This document shows positions 19,901 through 28,315 of a DNA stretch of 51,275 nucleotides, piece by piece. Made by a program: the position numbers and the translations under genes. The DNA is from a virus (Duplodnaviria; Caudoviricetes): positions 1 to 51,275 of IMG/VR virus record IMGVR_UViG_3300010397_000016; one strand, given 5' to 3'. Under the pieces are notes generated by a model. It saw only the letters and a list, made by a program, of their open reading frames with translations. It was not told the DNA's origin and searched no databases. How positions within the stretch are numbered: the stretch's first letter is position 1; each line of letters starts with the position of its first letter.

Positions 19901-20022
19901 GCGATCAGACAACGCCGGCTAATATTTATGATCAGACAACGGGAGGCTCAACAACCACCGCCGTGTTGACAGGTACGACTGTCACAAATGACGTTATAAG
20001 CTTCTCTTGCATCGGGTATTAA
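16975..20022 (+). CDS. Tail spike/fibre-like protein with probable beta-helix domain and N-terminal signal peptide
   Basis: DPRNYGAKC...WDDTYGITAA beta-helix entry motif; two GRVTGVS.G repeat modules; LPKGTTGQEP...GSIRYNT module; C-terminal APNGWSC...FSCIGY module. Confidence 0.7.
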   Translation: MRNYNRIFRSLFLTLLLVILFTVHRDEALAWPPNVGGPYNANGGASGSSGGTSTTGANSVMLDPRNYGAKCTGAYGASGVVLFNGGGSGWNVGDKFMLQDQQLEAHMRGGANAIGRVTGVSSGAITTFVMEKPGSGYYFNALWGTPITGTGSGASFNVNGLSTPPSAPSTTLAVGGAATCSTSGSTICGGAYQVNDLFAVPNPARDGNYMVGRVTGVSGGRVTTYTILNPGGNYAIVSAVPATTITGYGKGLTINVTSTTSANGTWDDTYGITAAEAAASAQGQGAAVIMPDNCWAANLPAVSGTSLIGQLEAPNYGYGNVPSTLQPSGGPHLFIIGTPSFGIDLNNAGDFAMRGFEVRGYTGGNFGASTTWDSTACIGTFAGAGTGGLSIIQAEHMSAKSCKAGIGSPDGTGAFIFAKFFSNDWGANQVGIYGPFSDLLSAGDTIPSTGTAIWLSSSAGGLARIEHPRIEYATDYGIRLDGFGSLQASMTDVQVDRVGRCAVYGNGTQQINIEGGSLKGAGLAGTLTVTGAASGTAGVVRLTVTGFGFNPSGGSSATSGLTTGDIANVSGVGGTTEANGNQRTITVVDNTHIELQGTTFVNAYTSGGLVAVNGKDAYICLNNTSDFHSDNVGFYGYSAGTPLAAATVIDATGSTLISMDNGAANTGNGNSGGWQQAVANWHNSGNTAPANTLITIPGTNTLTAVDYGNFTTSLTLPKGTTGQEPTCNTAAAGSIRYNTTVPQTEVCSAGSWTALSSGGGTVNAGTINQVAYYAATGTTVGGDADLLFDGSNLTLGATTAATGAMTINSNGGAGLTVISSNATQAGINIDAGPGGGHKFSFFASANNPGLFGFYDTTSAAFVFGASTSTVQLGSGNTFSWNSTVNPTTAPDLAISRSAGGVLAVGTGTAGNTTGKIKTAAYMSVGTKFTASGCSNSGTVGGATAGRFTSGTTGACTVTITMGDTATAPNGWSCTASDQTTPANIYDQTTGGSTTTAVLTGTTVTNDVISFSCIGY

Positions 20023-20030
20023 ATCCTGGC

Positions 20031-20060
20031 TTGCTGAAATAATGTTGCAAGTGATATAAT
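20031..20060 (+). promoter_or_regulatory. Sigma70 promoter upstream of the lysis cassette
   Basis: TTGCTG-N18-TATAAT with a perfect extended -10 (TGA TATAAT) in the intergenic gap. Confidence 0.65.
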
Positions 20061-20117
20061 ACCACTATATGGTTCAGTGGCTTGTATCACTGCAGCAGAA
20101 TTTTAGGAGCTTGAAAC

Positions 20118-20432
20118 ATGGGCAAACTCGTAATATCCGGCACGCTTAATCTCTTCCTCGTCTTGCTGTTGATTGTTGTATCCCTCGATATAAAGGAAAG
20201 CTATAAGATCATCGACAGCCTGAAGGCGCAGTTGGTCACTACCGGCGACAACAGCATAAAATATTATAACGAAGCGAAGAACAAGGATATCGAGCTTCAG
20301 AAATGCAAGGGCACGTACGATCCTAATAAACCGGTTACTACGGGTATAGACAGGACGGCACCCGATGACGGTGAAATCACTCCTGCAGAACCTCCTTCTT
20401 CCTCTGCGCCAATGCCAGTGCCGGGCTCATGA
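20118..20432 (+). CDS. Membrane-anchored coiled-coil protein (i-spanin-like candidate)
   Basis: N-terminal TM, helical middle with one Cys, Pro-rich tail; first gene of the lysis cassette; AGGAG RBS. Confidence 0.45.
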   Translation: MGKLVISGTLNLFLVLLLIVVSLDIKESYKIIDSLKAQLVTTGDNSIKYYNEAKNKDIELQKCKGTYDPNKPVTTGIDRTAPDDGEITPAEPPSSSAPMPVPGS

Positions 20433-20620
20433 TGGAACGCTGCGCAGATTGTAAGTTCGCTTTAGCCTTCGACAATAACAAAGTCCATTGCCGGCGCTTT
20501 CCGCCAGCAACATCTTTGGTAAGGATTAATGAGGAAGGTCATGCCACTATCTCCTGCAACTTCCCTGTCATGGCAGATCATGGCTGGTGCGGAGAGTTCC
20601 AGCTCAAGGTGTTAAACTGA
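20429..20620 (+). CDS. Small Cys-rich (putative Zn-binding) phage protein
   Basis: CADC...CRRFPP...FPVM...WCGEF pattern; translationally coupled at both ends. Confidence 0.7.
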   Translation: MMERCADCKFALAFDNNKVHCRRFPPATSLVRINEEGHATISCNFPVMADHGWCGEFQLKVLN

Positions 20621-21090
20621 TGGTTACCTCACCCAGATCAATCAATGATACTGGGCTTAACATTATCAAGAAACGTGAGAGTTGCCGCCTAATACCATAC
20701 CAGGATCAGAAGGGTATCTGGAGCGTGGGTTATGGTCATACTAAGGGAATAACTTCTACCACAAAGCCATGGACACAGCAGCAAGCCGATGCTGCTCTCA
20801 AACAGGACGTACAAGATGCGTGCGATGCTATTACCCATAACATTCGGGTGAAGCTTACCGATAACCAATTCTCAGCACTGGCCAGCCTTGTTTATAACAC
20901 TGGACCAGGTGTGCTCTACCAGACGCTGGGTGACCTGATTGATGCACAGCGGTGGCAGGCGGCCGCCGATGAATTTCTGAAGTGGGATCATGTGCGTATC
21001 AAAGGTGTTTTGGTAGAAAGCAATGGCCTGCTCGAGCGTCGGAAGGAAGAACGCGCTCTGTTTCTGACGCCGGATAATACCACCGCATAA
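20620..21090 (+). CDS. Endolysin, GH24 (T4/P22-type) lysozyme
   Basis: RESCRLIPYQDQKGIWSVGYGHT (E-x8-D-x5-S/T); LTDNQFSAL.S..YN.G; GLLERRKEERALF; start reassigned to ATG 20620. Confidence 0.92.
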   Translation: MVTSPRSINDTGLNIIKKRESCRLIPYQDQKGIWSVGYGHTKGITSTTKPWTQQQADAALKQDVQDACDAITHNIRVKLTDNQFSALASLVYNTGPGVLYQTLGDLIDAQRWQAAADEFLKWDHVRIKGVLVESNGLLERRKEERALFLTPDNTTA

Positions 21091-21115
21091 TTTTATTATG
21101 CAAAGTGCTTCAGGT

Positions 21116-21129
21116 ATGATTTAATTCAT
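21116..21129. promoter_or_regulatory. Operator-like palindrome (ATGATTWWAATCAT family, one mismatch)
   Basis: ATGATTTAATTCAT in the intergenic gap after the endolysin gene. Confidence 0.45.
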
Positions 21130-21181
21130 GTACTCGCTGAATGCGAAGTTTCACTTTAACCATTATCCGAAGGAGAATTTT

Positions 21182-21571
21182 ATGAATGACAAAACCGATA
21201 AATCCGCTGCTGATGCTGGGGGCGATCTGAAGAACCTGACGGCTACTATTCACCAGCAGATACAGCATGCGCTGAAACTGCCGCTTCTGACTTATCTGAA
21301 GGCCATAAAGGCTAACCCAACCCTCGCAACTATCCAGGCTGGCGTGCCTGCGATTGCTGCCGAAGGTCTAGCCGCGGCACCGGCTCTGCAGAGCGAGATC
21401 ATCACTGATGTGGCTGATCTGCTTATCCAGCATCTGGAAACGCCTACTGCGGAAACCAGTGCCGTTGTTTCTGCTATGCCTGCCGCCGTTGGCGCAGACG
21501 CAGAGGATAAAGCCGCTGTGGGTAACGCCAACACTGCCGCTGCCGGCAATGCTGGCCCGGCAAAGGCATAA
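21182..21571 (+). CDS. Hypothetical Ala-rich protein
   Basis: AAGGAG RBS before ATG 21182. Confidence 0.7.
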   Translation: MNDKTDKSAADAGGDLKNLTATIHQQIQHALKLPLLTYLKAIKANPTLATIQAGVPAIAAEGLAAAPALQSEIITDVADLLIQHLETPTAETSAVVSAMPAAVGADAEDKAAVGNANTAAAGNAGPAKA

Positions 21572-21695
21572 CCGCCATTGCCTGAAGCTTCTCGCCGCAT
21601 GCCTGATTTTATCTGGTTGCGGCGGGAATGCTTATTATGTACACTGTGCTACTAACATGCCTTGCATTGTTCATGTGTCCATATCATTAAATTGA
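21549..21695 (+). CDS. Small lipoprotein (o-spanin-like candidate)
   Basis: MLARQRHNRHCLKLLAACLILSG/C has a basic n-region, h-region and canonical LSGC lipobox; overlaps the end of the upstream gene. Confidence 0.5.
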   Translation: MLARQRHNRHCLKLLAACLILSGCGGNAYYVHCATNMPCIVHVSISLN

Positions 21696-21702
21696 GGCTA
21701 CC

Positions 21703-22365
21703 ATGGGACTGACCGACCTCGATTGTGCAATCCTCCTCCAGCAGCAGTATGATGGCGCGCTGGGTATCTTCGATAAACAATATAGCATCCGTGGCGTTGA
21801 CTTCGCAGTGAAGACGTATAAGGACTGCGTGGTCTTTGCGTTCGAGGGAAGCCATAATCTTGCCGACTGGCTGAGCAACTTTGAAGCCGCCATGATCCGG
21901 CCGGCGAAGTTCGGCGGCGTAGAGCTCGGCTTCTATACCGGTATTCCAGAATGCTCAGAAGTGGCCAAGGAATGGCTAGAGCCTGGCAAGAAGGTCTGGT
22001 GCATAGGACATAGCCGCGGTGCTGCCCATGCGCATATATTTGCCCGAGCGCTTATTATAGATGGCGTCCCGGGTCCGGACGTACACCGTGTGGTCTTCGG
22101 CTCCCCAAATCCGGGTGACACTATCTTCGCCGCCGGGCTGGTTGAAAGTCCGGTTCGGTCATATCGCAATTATCGCAATATACTCGAGCAGGATTTTGTC
22201 TGTGCAGTGCCGGAGCCGCTGCCGGTGGTTGCTCCTTATTGCCACCCGGGCGAACGTATCATCATCGATGTGCCAGGGCCACTCAGCGATCCGTGGGGAC
22301 CGCTGCGGCGCCACCATCTATACCTCTATCATAACTACCTTGTCAGGGAGAAAGACAATGGCTAA
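21703..22365 (+). CDS. Class-3 lipase (alpha/beta hydrolase)
   Basis: FEGS...DW..N oxyanion/lid region; GHSRG nucleophile elbow; FGSP; DFVCAVP; C-terminal His. Confidence 0.85.
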   Translation: MGLTDLDCAILLQQQYDGALGIFDKQYSIRGVDFAVKTYKDCVVFAFEGSHNLADWLSNFEAAMIRPAKFGGVELGFYTGIPECSEVAKEWLEPGKKVWCIGHSRGAAHAHIFARALIIDGVPGPDVHRVVFGSPNPGDTIFAAGLVESPVRSYRNYRNILEQDFVCAVPEPLPVVAPYCHPGERIIIDVPGPLSDPWGPLRRHHLYLYHNYLVREKDNG

Positions 22366-22624
22366 CGACACTCCGAGCCCGTTTAAGCCGCATAACAATA
22401 TGACCACGGGCGGAGCGGTAGGAGTGATTGTTTATTGTGCGCTGAAGGTGATGATTGCCTATGGAGCACGGATTGATGACGAAGTGCTGCATGAGTTACC
22501 ATTTGCCGTGGCCTATCTGGCGGCTTATCTTCATGACTGTGTGGTGGCGCATGTTAACCCACAGACGCCGCAGAATGTGCAGTCATCGCAAAGCGGATTA
22601 CCTGGTCCCGGAAACTCTATATAA
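22358..22624 (+). CDS. Putative holin (two hydrophobic segments)
   Basis: GGAVGVIVYCALKVMIAYG and LPFAVAYLAAYL; GGGAG RBS; last gene of the lysis cassette; start reassigned to ATG 22358. Confidence 0.5.
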   Translation: MANDTPSPFKPHNNMTTGGAVGVIVYCALKVMIAYGARIDDEVLHELPFAVAYLAAYLHDCVVAHVNPQTPQNVQSSQSGLPGPGNSI

Positions 22625-22954
22625 ACCAGTCAAATTGTGATCGTAAGGTGCCCAATGCCATAATGGCGTGCCAGGAACAAAGTATATAACCATGCTGCGG
22701 GTACAATAGTGCACTGTTCCCTTGGATAAATCGTATCTATCATAAGTGGCAAAGTCTATACAATCCCAGCCTTTTTCTTCTCCTTTACTCCACATTTTGT
22801 CTGGAGAACTTACTAATTTTGTTGGCCCTTCTTCCATATTTTGTAAGGTAGGGCGGGAAGAAATAAGACGTGAATTACATTCATCATAAGTGGGATGAAG
22901 AAGGCCGAGCGCCATACATATTTTTAGGCCCGCAGCAGTTAAAGCAAAATTCAT
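22598..22954 (-). CDS. Hypothetical protein with hydrophobic N-terminus
   Basis: GAGGAGG RBS; last gene of the leftward operon. Confidence 0.6.
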   Translation of the reverse strand: MNFALTAAGLKICMALGLLHPTYDECNSRLISSRPTLQNMEEGPTKLVSSPDKMWSKGEEKGWDCIDFATYDRYDLSKGTVHYCTRSMVIYFVPGTPLWHWAPYDHNLTGLYRVSGTR

Positions 22955-22990
22955 AAAACCTCCTCAGATTTTTATTAAAGTAAATAGCTG

Positions 22991-23281
22991 TTAATTGCTG
23001 ATTTGAAAACCATTGTTATCTAGATCAACTTGTGATCCTTTTCCAACATCTATGAGGTAACTTCTATTTTCATCACAATCTATGCCTTTGATATACTTTC
23101 CATCACAACGAGCACCGTGCTTATCATCATAATGAAACTTGATGCATCCCTTGCTTTCGAAGCATTTATTGTCGATCTTTATTTGGGTTGTATCGTAATG
23201 ACCATTTGTACTTATATGTTCTTCGGCTCTTATTGCAGTGGCCATAAATATGGTGATCAGAATTATTAATTTTACCATCAT
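22991..23281 (-). CDS. Putative exported small protein
   Basis: MMVKLIILITIFMATAIRA/EE Sec signal; four Cys; AT-rich. Confidence 0.6.
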   Translation of the reverse strand: MMVKLIILITIFMATAIRAEEHISTNGHYDTTQIKIDNKCFESKGCIKFHYDDKHGARCDGKYIKGIDCDENRSYLIDVGKGSQVDLDNNGFQISN

Positions 23282-23304
23282 GCTATTGCCTTTCTCTGAT
23301 TTAA

Positions 23305-23415
23305 TTATTTAGCAAGCCTACTAGCGATTAAAGCTAGATCGAAATGCATAAATATCATTATTACGGCTATATAAACTAATGCACATATTATAAATCCCGC
23401 TTGTTTTTCTGTCAT
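23305..23415 (-). CDS. 36-aa single-TM microprotein (not in ORF track)
   Basis: MTEKQAGFIICALVYIAVIMIFMHFDLALIASRLAK; GGAGGAGG RBS; ATGA coupling to the upstream ORF. Confidence 0.6.
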   Translation of the reverse strand: MTEKQAGFIICALVYIAVIMIFMHFDLALIASRLAK

Positions 23416-23555
23416 GCTATAGCCCTCCTCCGGCTCAGCCATTTGTTAATTTCGGAGTGATTGATATTCGGCAACGGTAATGTTTTGAAGATATTCTCTA
23501 CTGTCTCCCTACAATGACCGCATGCCCATGAAGAATATTCAACATGATCGCGCAT
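23412..23555 (-). CDS. 47-aa protein with CxxC (not in ORF track)
   Basis: MRDHVEYSSWACGHCRETV...; TGATG and ATGA coupling on both sides. Confidence 0.5.
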   Translation of the reverse strand: MRDHVEYSSWACGHCRETVENIFKTLPLPNINHSEINKWLSRRRAIA

Positions 23556-23740
23556 CACATGGTGATAGCTTCGAGTTTTGCAATATTGTGCAGGATAGCC
23601 TGTTTTATTAATTCCAGCTTCCAGTCGTAGATAGCGAATTTCGGGGAATAGAAGCTACTGCCATCTTCCTTTGGTGCGCGCACCCAGGAATTCAGATGAT
23701 CGATCGCATCATAGGCTTCTATGGGATACAGGTCAGCCAT
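23555..23740 (-). CDS. Hypothetical protein
   Basis: 61 aa with GGAG RBS, tiled in the operon. Confidence 0.55.
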   Translation of the reverse strand: MADLYPIEAYDAIDHLNSWVRAPKEDGSSFYSPKFAIYDWKLELIKQAILHNIAKLEAITM

Positions 23741-23825
23741 GACTGATACTCCACATCCATCCGGCCGCCATAATTACGGTGGCAACAAATATTCCTAATA
23801 GAAAACCTTCTGAAAAATTACTCAT
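23733..23825 (-). CDS. 30-aa single-TM microprotein (not in ORF track)
   Basis: MSNFSEGFLLGIFVATVIMAAGWMWSISHG; overlaps both neighbours by 8 nt. Confidence 0.5.
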   Translation of the reverse strand: MSNFSEGFLLGIFVATVIMAAGWMWSISHG

Positions 23826-25236
23826 GGCTACCATCTTCTATTTGGGTTAAGGCCTGCCTAGCATCCTTTGCCCAACCATCTAGTTGGTCTGCTGCGGCGA
23901 TCATGTTATTAAGCCTTACCGGTTCGCTGCAATGATCTTCAAGTTCCACGATTGCTTCGCGCCAGCCACCCTTTAATTCAAGGCCGCGCTTTATAACTCC
24001 CGCTAACAATTTCGTATGATCAACGGATTCCCGCTTCAGATAAGGACGAAGAATTTCAATGATGGTACGAAACAATACGTCTCTATTCATAAGCCCCGCT
24101 TGTCTATTAAGACTATGTTCTTTTTCGGCTTCATGAAAAGCATTGCAATTTAGAGCGCGGACAAGTTCGTCATCAATGGCCGTAGACTTCTGATTGGTAG
24201 AATTTAATATTTTATTTCTAGCTTCCTGTGGATCCCAACGTTCATGACACAAAGGACAAATCCTATCTTTATCTGCGTCTTCACCATATTCCCGCATCGT
24301 TTTAGCATTTTCATATGCGCCTATAAGCTCAGAAGCAGCAATTTGTGATATTCCAAATTCAGGCAACTTATCGACTATTTTTACAAAAGCGTTAAAATCA
24401 AACTTATTCTCTGCAACCTCACTTGGGAACATCTTATCGGTGATTTCGCAACCAACCATGTGACCAGCTTTCCATCCTTTTTCAAATACAACGTATGTTC
24501 TTTGCTGTGCTGTATTAATATATTCGCCATCTTTATATTTTGCGTAGTCTCCATTCCAATCATTATAAGCAGTCTCGAATGCTTTCTGTATCAATGTATC
24601 GGTGGCGGGGGATGGCCGTAAAGCACTGGCCGAGGTTGCTGAGCCGGTTGTTCCAGTGCACTCCTCATCCTTACGGGTAGAGGCATCCCCCATAGCTGCG
24701 ATGGCATAATCAAGGCCATCTATTTTCCCCAGTGCATATTCCCGAGGTGTGTATTTCGCTAATGCGAGTTTCTTCTCTGCTTCAAGTTTATCGATAATGC
24801 GGCAAATCGGCGGTGCATCCATTTGTGCCAGGCGCTCGATAGCTTTTCTTTCTTTTCGCTTTGAGAAGTGACCTGTGGCGAATGCTCCTATATTCGCATC
24901 GTAGCCGCCGATATAACCATCAATTACTTTGCCATCAAGAAGATGTGCAGCAACATCAGGATGTAATGTGAAACAGCCAATTTCCCGACCATTATAAATT
25001 ATTGATATTTTTAGTTCGTCGCGGGGGCATGTATGCGGTCCACCCCGGAGAGATAGGCCACAATCAGAACAGGTGCGTGGATCATTCCGTTCAGCGATAT
25101 TTTCACCCGGAATAACGTCTTCCGGTACTATTACCTTCATCACGGACTTGGTCAGCATTTCTACAAATTCATCTGAATTATGCTGCATGTGATAGTGGAG
25201 TGCCCATTTTATCTTCTCGAATATAGTGTTGCTCAT
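23818..25236 (-). CDS. Mosaic hypothetical protein with CxxC motifs
   Basis: 472 aa, GAGGAGG RBS; CSDC..HTC and CPLC motifs; patchwork of short segments. Confidence 0.7.
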   Translation of the reverse strand: MSNTIFEKIKWALHYHMQHNSDEFVEMLTKSVMKVIVPEDVIPGENIAERNDPRTCSDCGLSLRGGPHTCPRDELKISIIYNGREIGCFTLHPDVAAHLLDGKVIDGYIGGYDANIGAFATGHFSKRKERKAIERLAQMDAPPICRIIDKLEAEKKLALAKYTPREYALGKIDGLDYAIAAMGDASTRKDEECTGTTGSATSASALRPSPATDTLIQKAFETAYNDWNGDYAKYKDGEYINTAQQRTYVVFEKGWKAGHMVGCEITDKMFPSEVAENKFDFNAFVKIVDKLPEFGISQIAASELIGAYENAKTMREYGEDADKDRICPLCHERWDPQEARNKILNSTNQKSTAIDDELVRALNCNAFHEAEKEHSLNRQAGLMNRDVLFRTIIEILRPYLKRESVDHTKLLAGVIKRGLELKGGWREAIVELEDHCSEPVRLNNMIAAADQLDGWAKDARQALTQIEDGSHE

Positions 25237-25316
25237 ATGTCCTCCTCGTTAATTATTTTATGAATGACTGGCAAGTTTGGCAGCAATCTCTTTCTGTACA
25301 TTTTCGGTCATGGTTG

Positions 25317-25550
25317 TCATACCCTCTGGTATATTTTTCCGTCGATTTCCTCGAAAGAAGGGAAAGTGCTTTTTATCTTTTCCCCGATTTTAATCAGCGC
25401 TTCATCCAAGGCATTTTCCATCGTAGTTTTGGTATCTAACTGGTGCAGATTTGTATCATTCAAATCCTCACTTTTTAACGAATAGAATAGAGACTGTTTT
25501 TTGCGGTTACAGATTATATGTATCTTAAATTTCGTCATGGCTTCTTCCAC
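25317..25550 (-). CDS. Hypothetical protein
   Basis: Tiled in the operon; the ATG at 25538 is a likely start. Confidence 0.5.
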   Translation of the reverse strand: MEEAMTKFKIHIICNRKKQSLFYSLKSEDLNDTNLHQLDTKTTMENALDEALIKIGEKIKSTFPSFEEIDGKIYQRV

Positions 25551-25744
25551 CAGTATTGTTTGGTGCTATCTATAGAAATGTTCTTTATAAAAAATCCTGG
25601 AAGTAGGAAGAAAATAATTACGAACCAGAAAAGGAATGCACAGGATTGACAATGGTTACGTTGCTCAAGAATGACAAATTCCACCGCCACTCCAACTATG
25701 CCCATGGAAGCATAGAATATTAAAAAGTCCCAGATCATCAACAT
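25535..25744 (-). CDS. Small two-TM membrane protein
   Basis: Two hydrophobic segments flanking CQSC. Confidence 0.5.
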   Translation of the reverse strand: MLMIWDFLIFYASMGIVGVAVEFVILEQRNHCQSCAFLFWFVIIFFLLPGFFIKNISIDSTKQYWWKKP

Positions 25745-26190
25745 GTCTCCTTCAGTGAGTGTTTCCGGATGAAGTCTTCGCTCGGGTGCCAGGTCTCTTC
25801 CCGGTCATGGAAGTTGGTGCCAGTCAGCTTCTGTTTCCATCCCCAGCGCTTCATGGTATCGCGCATTTCGTGCACCGGAGTGACGATTACCGGTACCATG
25901 CCGGCCTGGATGATGGCGGTTATCAGTCGACGGAAGGCACCATTGCCGGGGCGCTTGGCATAGATCGCCACTATGCGTATTTCCTTGCCCTTCTGGGTGA
26001 TGACAATGTCATTCGGCCAGTCAGCTGCCGGCAACCATGGCACACTGCCTGTCTCGACTATCTCGAAGCCCCGTTCCTTCTCACACTGCAGCAGCATGTT
26101 GTATGGTCCAAGTTCGAATACCTGTTCGAGGATAGTAAGCAGTTCGATACCAGTGGGCATGTTCGTTTTCCTTTGGCTTAGTATTTTCAT
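25738..26190 (-). CDS. GNAT-like acetyltransferase candidate
   Basis: IRIVAIYAKRPGNGAFRRLI resembles acetyl-CoA binding motif A; ...MKRWGW resembles motif B. Confidence 0.5.
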   Translation of the reverse strand: MKILSQRKTNMPTGIELLTILEQVFELGPYNMLLQCEKERGFEIVETGSVPWLPAADWPNDIVITQKGKEIRIVAIYAKRPGNGAFRRLITAIIQAGMVPVIVTPVHEMRDTMKRWGWKQKLTGTNFHDREETWHPSEDFIRKHSLKETC

Positions 26191-26202
26191 TATATTCTTT
26201 CC

Positions 26203-27051
26203 TCAAAATGACATTGCAAGCTGATCTTTGTCACAAGCTGCCGTCGGCAATTCTTTCTTTTCCTTCACCGGATTATTCCTCTTATCAACAGCATGATGGC
26301 GCACTACGCCAAGATTGCCATGCTGGGAATTTATGGTTCTTCTGAAGGCTTCAACTGTAGAGAAGCCACCGCCTTCCAGTATGGTAGCAAACTGATCGAT
26401 AACCGGTATTCCTTCTGGCGTTACCATGGTGGCAATGCCTGGGACATTCTCAAATACCATCGTCTTCGGCGCTATTTCCACGATCATACGGGCAAAATCA
26501 AATACCAGACTATTCCTCGGGTCCATGACATTTCTACGTCCAGCATGACTATAGCCCTGGCACGGCGGTCCTCCCATTACACAACCAACCTCTCCCCTAT
26601 CAAGGCCGATGGTATCGAGGATATATTTGCCGGTCATTTTCCTTATGTCGCCAAAGAAGAAATGCTTTACGCCAGGAATATTTGATGGCTGGTGGCTAAT
26701 CCAGCCGGTGCCAGCCATCGGCGGTGGCGAAAGGTCATTTTTTTTCTTCTTGGTATATTGCTTGGTGAGATACTCTTCCATGCGTTTTTCTTCCTCTTCA
26801 TCAGGAAAATGCATCTGGACGTCGTTATAACGTGAGAGATTACACATATATGTTATTGCCGCTTCAGGCGCGTATTCAACTGCTGCAATAACATTCCAAC
26901 CAGCATTGATGTAGCCGAGGCTGAAGCCGCCACATCCCGCAAATAAATCAATGGCTATGGGCAGCGGTTTGTACATATCCGCTATAACGTAATCAGGCAG
27001 GATAAGGCCTGATGGCGCCTGAATATATTCTCTTTCTAAATTTGTGCTCAT
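26203..27051 (-). CDS. C5-cytosine DNA methyltransferase, motifs I-VI only
   Basis: DLFAGCGG (I), GDI (III), GGPPCQGYS (IV), ENVPG (VI); no QxRxR (VIII), TRD, IX or X before the stop. Confidence 0.85.
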   Translation of the reverse strand: MSTNLEREYIQAPSGLILPDYVIADMYKPLPIAIDLFAGCGGFSLGYINAGWNVIAAVEYAPEAAITYMCNLSRYNDVQMHFPDEEEEKRMEEYLTKQYTKKKKNDLSPPPMAGTGWISHQPSNIPGVKHFFFGDIRKMTGKYILDTIGLDRGEVGCVMGGPPCQGYSHAGRRNVMDPRNSLVFDFARMIVEIAPKTMVFENVPGIATMVTPEGIPVIDQFATILEGGGFSTVEAFRRTINSQHGNLGVVRHHAVDKRNNPVKEKKELPTAACDKDQLAMSF

Positions 27052-27061
27052 TTTACTTTTC

Positions 27062-28315
27062 TCACTCTCTGACTATATTTATTAATAGGCCGGCGTCCTT
27101 TCGTAAGCGGCGTTCGGTAATGTTAATATACTCCTGGCTTAATTCTATGCCGATGCAGTCGCGCTGTAGGCGATCTGCCACAAGGCCAGTGGTACCAGCA
27201 CCAAAAAAAGGATCGAGAACAATGCATCTTTTCTTTGGAATTGTATCATCACCGCATTCACATGAAGCGTCCCAATTCAAGGTAGAAACAACAGACATAT
27301 ATTCTTCACCTTGTGCACGCGCTTTCTGTCTAAGCTTTGCCAATCTCTCTGCTGTGCTACCTTTTGGATAAGAAGTTTTAGTTTCTACTTCATCCCGGTC
27401 CCAAATTTCTCTTTCCATAATTCTTTTAATGGGAGCGCCACATTTATTGCAGCACCCTTTTTCGCTGGTTCCTGCTTTAATGCAAGGCTCTATTAACTGG
27501 GGGGGGAACGTTGCAAAATGCGCTTCTGAAAACGGCTGAGTAGCCACCTCCCAGACACTACGTTTATTGCGTTTTTCTATGCGCAAACATACGCTCTCAG
27601 CGAAAGAAGTGTTCTGCTTTGAACCAGGCGCATTGGCAAAGGCCTTCGTGCTGCCTTTTACTACTGCCTTTAAGTTGCCATTTGTTTTTCCACCGGCATT
27701 TGCTCTTGCTGATCCGATCTGCTTTTCAACGTCTTGCGCCATGCGTGCATGGGTATTGGGCGAAACTGCTTCCGCTATGGCGTCAACATCGAAATAATAT
27801 CGGCTGGACTTGGAGAGCAGGAAGATTTGCTCATGCGATTTTGTGCATCTATCCTTTACGCTTTCTGGCATGGGGTTTGGCTTTGACCAGATGATCTCTT
27901 GCCTCAGATACCAGCCGTCATCTTGCAGGGCAAAGGCAAGTCGCCATGGCATACCCATGAGATTTTTTGATTTTATTCCTATATTGTTTTTTCTGCGCCC
28001 AATACTGGTATTTCCATGCAGTGACTTTACATGCTTTCCTCCAGTGCTTCCTCCCCATTTTCCCTCATTGGAATAACTATCACCGATATTGACCCAGACA
28101 GTTCCGTCATCACGCAGCACGCGCCGTACTTCGCGGAATACTTCAACCATCTTCTGTACCCATTGCATAGGGGATGCTTCCAAGCCGATCTGACCATCAA
28201 CGCCATAGTCGCGTAATCCCCAATACGGCGGAGAGGTGACAACGCAGTGAACGGATTTATCCGGCAGTGTCCTCATCATCTCGATACAGTCGCCATGTAG
28301 GATGCGGATTGTCAT
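27062..28315 (-). CDS. Amino (N4-C/N6-A) DNA methyltransferase, beta class
   Basis: [12 protein letters not shown] catalytic motif, [19 protein letters not shown]-terminal [14 protein letters not shown] motif; Cys-rich insert (CCNKC...CECG); start reassigned to ATG 28315. Confidence 0.93.
   Translation of the reverse strand: MTIRILHGDCIEMMRTLPDKSVHCVVTSPPYWGLRDYGVDGQIGLEASPMQWVQKMVEVFREVRRVLRDDGTVWVNIGDSYSNEGKWGGSTGGKHVKSLHGNTSIGRRKNNIGIKSKNLMGMPWRLAFALQDDGWYLRQEIIWSKPNPMPESVKDRCTKSHEQIFLLSKSSRYYFDVDAIAEAVSPNTHARMAQDVEKQIGSARANAGGKTNGNLKAVVKGSTKAFANAPGSKQNTSFAESVCLRIEKRNKRSVWEVATQPFSEAHFATFPPQLIEPCIKAGTSEKGCCNKCGAPIKRIMEREIWDRDEVETKTSYPKGSTAERLAKLRQKARAQGEEYMSVVSTLNWDASCECGDDTIPKKRCIVLDPFFGAGTTGLVADRLQRDCIGIELSQEYINITERRLRKDAGLLINIVRE

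Noticed and set aside
14886-20022. Diversity-generating retroelement, as in BPP-1-like phages
   Set aside because: No reverse transcriptase ORF, and I saw no TR/VR repeat pair differing at adenines.
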